In this document: in pieces, positions 61,243 through 64,000 of the stretch
How the letters are laid out: each line of letters starts with the position of its first letter
Position numbering within the stretch: position 1 is the first letter of the stretch
Origin: Planctomycetota bacterium
GTDB taxonomy: Bacteria; Planctomycetota; JACQVV01; JASMLP01
Direction: 5' to 3'
DNA length: 64,000 bases
Assembly: GCA_030748635.1 (NCBI GenBank)
Contig: JASMLP010000049.1
Location: 285-64,284, forward strand
The notes under the pieces: model-generated
What the model was told of the DNA's origin: nothing
The model's input: the letters and a program-made list of their open reading frames with translations, nothing else
Databases searched by the model: none
Made by a program: the position numbers and the translations under genes

Positions 61243-61709
61243 TGGATAGCTCCCGAGAGAAGGCTAAGAAAAACCCTTTGGGTGAAGGTGGAAAAAGTAA
61301 ATGGGTCCGTTTTCGGGACTCCTTTGAGTGGGACGGAGTTTCGCTCGACGATTACAAGAAAAGCCCAGAGGACTGGCACAGCGTGACCCGTCGAGTACTG
61401 CTGGGAGAAGCGGAAGAGTCGCTCGATTTTCACCTAAGGTATTTTGAAATCGGAATCGGTGGCTATACCACCCACGAAAGGCACCAGCATATTCATGTTG
61501 TGATCGTTTTTCGGGGGGCGGGTGAGGTTCGGATCGGATCCCGGGTTCGGCGAGTCGGGGTTGGTGATGTGCTTTATGTGGCGCCAGAAGAATCCCATCA
61601 GTTCCGGAATCCTGACGGTAAGGAGCCTTTCGGATTTTTCTGTATCGTGGAAGCGCGGAGAGATCGGCCTGAGACGGTTTCGGAATCCGAAAAGCTGTCC
61701 GATTTGTAA
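61242..61709 (+). CDS. Cupin domain protein
   Basis: The ATG at 61242 overlaps the aspS stop (TGATG). The cupin_2 pattern is GGYTTHERHQHIHVVIVFRGAGEVRIG...GDVLYVAPEESHQFRN. Confidence 0.75.
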   Translation: MDSSREKAKKNPLGEGGKSKWVRFRDSFEWDGVSLDDYKKSPEDWHSVTRRVLLGEAEESLDFHLRYFEIGIGGYTTHERHQHIHVVIVFRGAGEVRIGSRVRRVGVGDVLYVAPEESHQFRNPDGKEPFGFFCIVEARRDRPETVSESEKLSDL

Positions 61710-61740
61710 GTGAATTCTTCGGGAACTTCAGAGAGAAGAA

Positions 61741-62133
61741 TTAGCGCATGCCGCGCTGCTGCCTGACGACAGGAGGTTTGCGGTCGAGAACCTTGTCGGG
61801 GAGGTTCCGGTGCTGTCGTTCGGTTTTTCTTCGGAATTTTTTGTCCGCCGTGTCACGAGAAGATTCGGGCTCGTCAACGGCCGATCCGGAGGGGAGAACG
61901 CCCGGATAGAAATTGTCATCCATTTTGGAGATCGAATTTTCTGCGACCTCCTCTTGCGTAACCTGTTCGGACTCGATGGGTCTGTTCGTTATGAGCAAGG
62001 TCATCATGAGACTCAGGGAGCCGATAATAAAGCCCGCAGCCAGGTTGTTTTTTTCGAGAAGGACCAAGGCGAGAGCGCCCAAAGAAAAGAAAATCGTGAG
62101 TCCCCAGAGAAGCAGAGTGACACGAAATTTCAT
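61741..62133 (-). CDS. Small two-TM membrane protein with a charged C-terminal tail
   Basis: The ATG at 62133 is preceded by AAGGAGG with a 6-nt spacer. Sequence is MKFRVTLLLWGLTIFFSLGALALVLLEKNNLAAGFIIGSLSLMMTLLI... Confidence 0.6.
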   Translation of the reverse strand: MKFRVTLLLWGLTIFFSLGALALVLLEKNNLAAGFIIGSLSLMMTLLITNRPIESEQVTQEEVAENSISKMDDNFYPGVLPSGSAVDEPESSRDTADKKFRRKTERQHRNLPDKVLDRKPPVVRQQRGMR

Positions 62134-62314
62134 GTAGATCCTCCTTTTCAAGCTTTAAGTTTCCATGCATATTATGACTCGATTTTTCTTGTAGGGGAAA
62201 GAGTGGCTTTGAGGAATTTGAAAAGAAAGATTCTTCTTGGTCGATTCAGGTGGCGATGATTGTCACGTTTTGTTGTCAAATTAGGATTCGAGAGACTAGA
62301 TCTGGGGTAGTTGG

Positions 62315-62542
62315 ATGGAACTCAAGGCGACAATGCGGGTTCGAGATTTGCTCAAGCAAGTCCATCAAGAAGGGCGGCAAGTTTGCATTCATCTCGATAG
62401 TGGTGCGGAGTTGGTAGGTATGGTCGTTGATGTTGGCGAGCAAAATGTTGTGTTGAGCCGATTGGTTTCTCGGGAGTTCTTTGACGCATTGGTCCGTCTG
62501 GATGACGTTTCGGCGGTCGAGGTGCAGATTCGCGACTCCTGA
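62315..62542 (+). CDS. Small hypothetical protein (75 aa), possibly an Sm-like beta-barrel
   Basis: The ORF reads MELKATMRVRDLLKQVHQEGRQVCIHLDSGAELVGMVVDVGEQNVVLSRLVSREFFDALVRLDDVSAVEVQIRDS. A helix followed by alternating beta-strand pattern resembles Lsm-type folds. This rests on composition only. Confidence 0.4.
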   Translation: MELKATMRVRDLLKQVHQEGRQVCIHLDSGAELVGMVVDVGEQNVVLSRLVSREFFDALVRLDDVSAVEVQIRDS

Positions 62543-62875
62543 CGGACAGGGAATGTCGCAAATCAGATCGGTACTCGTATTTCTGGGCATCCAGTCGCTT
62601 CGTGAGTTGAGGTCGGGGCTCATAGGCCGTCTGTTTCGAAGCCGGGTTGGGCTTCGGCGGATCGTTTCGACACCTAGGGTCGGGCTGTGGGGCACAGAAT
62701 CCTCGGTTCGATTTTGGTGTGGGTGCAACGGATCCAGAGATTGTTACTTTTGGGTAACGGAAACTCGGTTTTGGTAACGAAGGTACCCCTCTCTTTCTGG
62801 TGGTAAGTTGCCGTTAATCGACATAACCACTTACCAAGATATGTGTTTGCGAGGTTTTTAAAAAAATAATATTTA

Positions 62876-62891
62876 TGGCACGGAGGTTGCA
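62876..62891 (+). promoter_or_regulatory. sigma54 (-24/-12) promoter
   Basis: TGGCACggaggTTGCA is a perfect match to the TGGCAC-N5-TTGCA consensus. An A/T-rich tract (tttttaaaaaaataatattta) lies just upstream. It is 97 nt before the ATG at 62988. Confidence 0.75.
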
Positions 62892-62987
62892 ATACTCAGG
62901 GGTGCCCGAGAAATGGTTGATTCGGGATGCCCAATTTCATGGGCGATTATTCATAACCGACAGGTACCCCTAAGGAGAAAACGACAG

Positions 62988-63470
62988 ATGAGAAGCGGAA
63001 CCCTTTACCTTGCCTTGATTGTTGCCCTGGTCGCCTTTTCGAGTGTTGCCGTCGCTTGCCCGGCAAGCTACGTGAAGTCGAGAGCGGACCAGAACAAGGG
63101 AACAGCCCTCCACGACAAGGCCACCAAGATCGCCGACAAGTACATGACCGATCGTGGCATGGATCCTTCCAGCGCCTCGGCTGAAGTCGCCAAGCCCTAT
63201 GTCATCGGAACCGCAATCGTCGAGCACGATTTCAGCCGCTGGTATTCCAACAGCAATCCTGGTGACCGTATCGATCTGAACAAGGATTCGGTCGATGAAG
63301 CTACCAAGAAGGCGCTCGGTAAGTACGCTGGTCAGTCCGGCGTTGCAAGCAGCGACGGCAGTGGCCACGGACTCTACCCCGCCTGGCACCACTTCAACCG
63401 TCACTTCAGCTACGGCATCTACCGCGCTGAGGGACTCAACCCAGCCAAAGCTACTGGCCACGGCGGTTAA
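62988..63470 (+). CDS. Secreted hypothetical protein (160 aa)
   Basis: The track ORF was trimmed to the ATG at 62988, preceded by AAGGAG. The signal peptide is MRSGTLYLALIVALVAFSSVAVAC. I recognise no family. Confidence 0.7.
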   Translation: MRSGTLYLALIVALVAFSSVAVACPASYVKSRADQNKGTALHDKATKIADKYMTDRGMDPSSASAEVAKPYVIGTAIVEHDFSRWYSNSNPGDRIDLNKDSVDEATKKALGKYAGQSGVASSDGSGHGLYPAWHHFNRHFSYGIYRAEGLNPAKATGHGG

Positions 63471-63499
63471 TTCTCTCTTCGTCAGGTTTAGAATCTTCA

Positions 63500-63530
63500 A
63501 GGCGCCCCTTTTTCGGGGCGCCTTTTTTTG
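63500..63530 (+). terminator. Intrinsic terminator
   Basis: An aggcgcccc-tttttc-ggggcgcct stem-loop is followed by ttttttt, 30 nt after the stop codon. Confidence 0.85.
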
Positions 63531-63715
63531 TGAAGGATGGGGTCGGGGGGAGGTGGAGGAGTGGTGAGGAATCGTAGATTCGTAGGATTTGCTCCACGAA
63601 CGTAACCTTTCGGTAACGTGTTGGCGGGATGAATGTTTGCACTGTTTCTAGGCGTGATCTGCTAATATATTGAGTTGTAAGGTAGTTAATGAAAATATTC
63701 GTCTGAAAATTCTCT

Positions 63716-63731
63716 TGGCATTCAGGTTGCA
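63716..63731 (+). promoter_or_regulatory. Second sigma54-type (-24/-12) promoter
   Basis: TGGCATtcaggTTGCA has the GG and GC elements at the correct spacing. An A/T-rich tract lies upstream. It is ~120 nt before the GTG at 63854. Confidence 0.6.
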
Positions 63732-63853
63732 TGATTTCTAACTGAATTAGGCGCCCCAAGGGTTGGGAATGGGGACCCATGAGGTTGCTTGCTAAACAAA
63801 TCTTTGATGTTGTCGGGGGAGTCGACTGGTTTCCGGGTCGAAAAGGAGGAGCG

Positions 63854-64000
63854 TGTGACAGGGATTAATCGTGTCGTAACCTACCTGCTCGTGTTCGCTT
63901 GGGTGTGCCCTCAGGCTTATCTTGCAGCAGAGTCTTCCGAGGCTTTCGGGGAGGTCATCCCTCTGGAGGCTTCGTCCGGGTTGGTGGGTGGAACCCCACT
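63854..64000 (+). CDS. Secreted hypothetical protein, N-terminal fragment (runs off the window)
   Basis: A GTG is preceded by AAAGGAGGA. Sequence is VTGINRVVTYLLVFAWVCPQAYLAAESSEAFGEVIPLE..., which looks like a signal peptide. The frame is open to the window end. Confidence 0.45.

Noticed and set aside
63779-63868. The ATG at 63779 as the start of the last gene.
   Set aside because: That frame terminates after 29 codons (taa at 63866-63868). The GTG at 63854 has a strong AAAGGAGGA SD and opens a frame encoding a signal peptide that runs to the window end.

Overview
This 64 kb window looks like a bacterial chromosome, probably Planctomycetota-like. That lineage guess is inferred from protein architectures, not from any search. 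The centre, about 13.6-46.1 kb and all on the + strand, is one nearly gap-free translation/transcription block. Its order is four tRNAs (Thr-Tyr-Gly-Thr), tuf, rpmG, tRNA-Trp, secE, nusG, rplKAJL, rpoBC, rpsL, rpsG, fusA, the S10/spc/alpha ribosomal genes, secY, adk, map, infA, rpmJ, rpsMKD, rpoA and rplQ. miaB and ribD follow, and a second core block (rpsB-tsf-pyrH-frr, tRNA-Lys, tRNA-Glu) lies at 50.5-53.7 kb. The flanks are accessory and signalling-rich. They hold four Hanks-type Ser/Thr kinases and an FHA protein. One kinase is a bare domain translationally coupled to a 608-aa orphan protein. Three kinases carry repeats resembling the MshEN c-di-GMP-binding motif, and one of these three has NWG in place of DFG. 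The flanks also hold a membrane-anchored HEAT-repeat protein and two consecutive sigma54-type promoters with a shared upstream motif in front of secreted proteins. Housekeeping genes there are psd, acetoacetyl-CoA synthetase, aspS and tRNA-fMet. I saw no CRISPR array, transposase or integrase. The many long antisense ORFs across highly expressed genes are treated as codon-bias shadows. All calls come from reading the translations and sequence by eye, with no database search.
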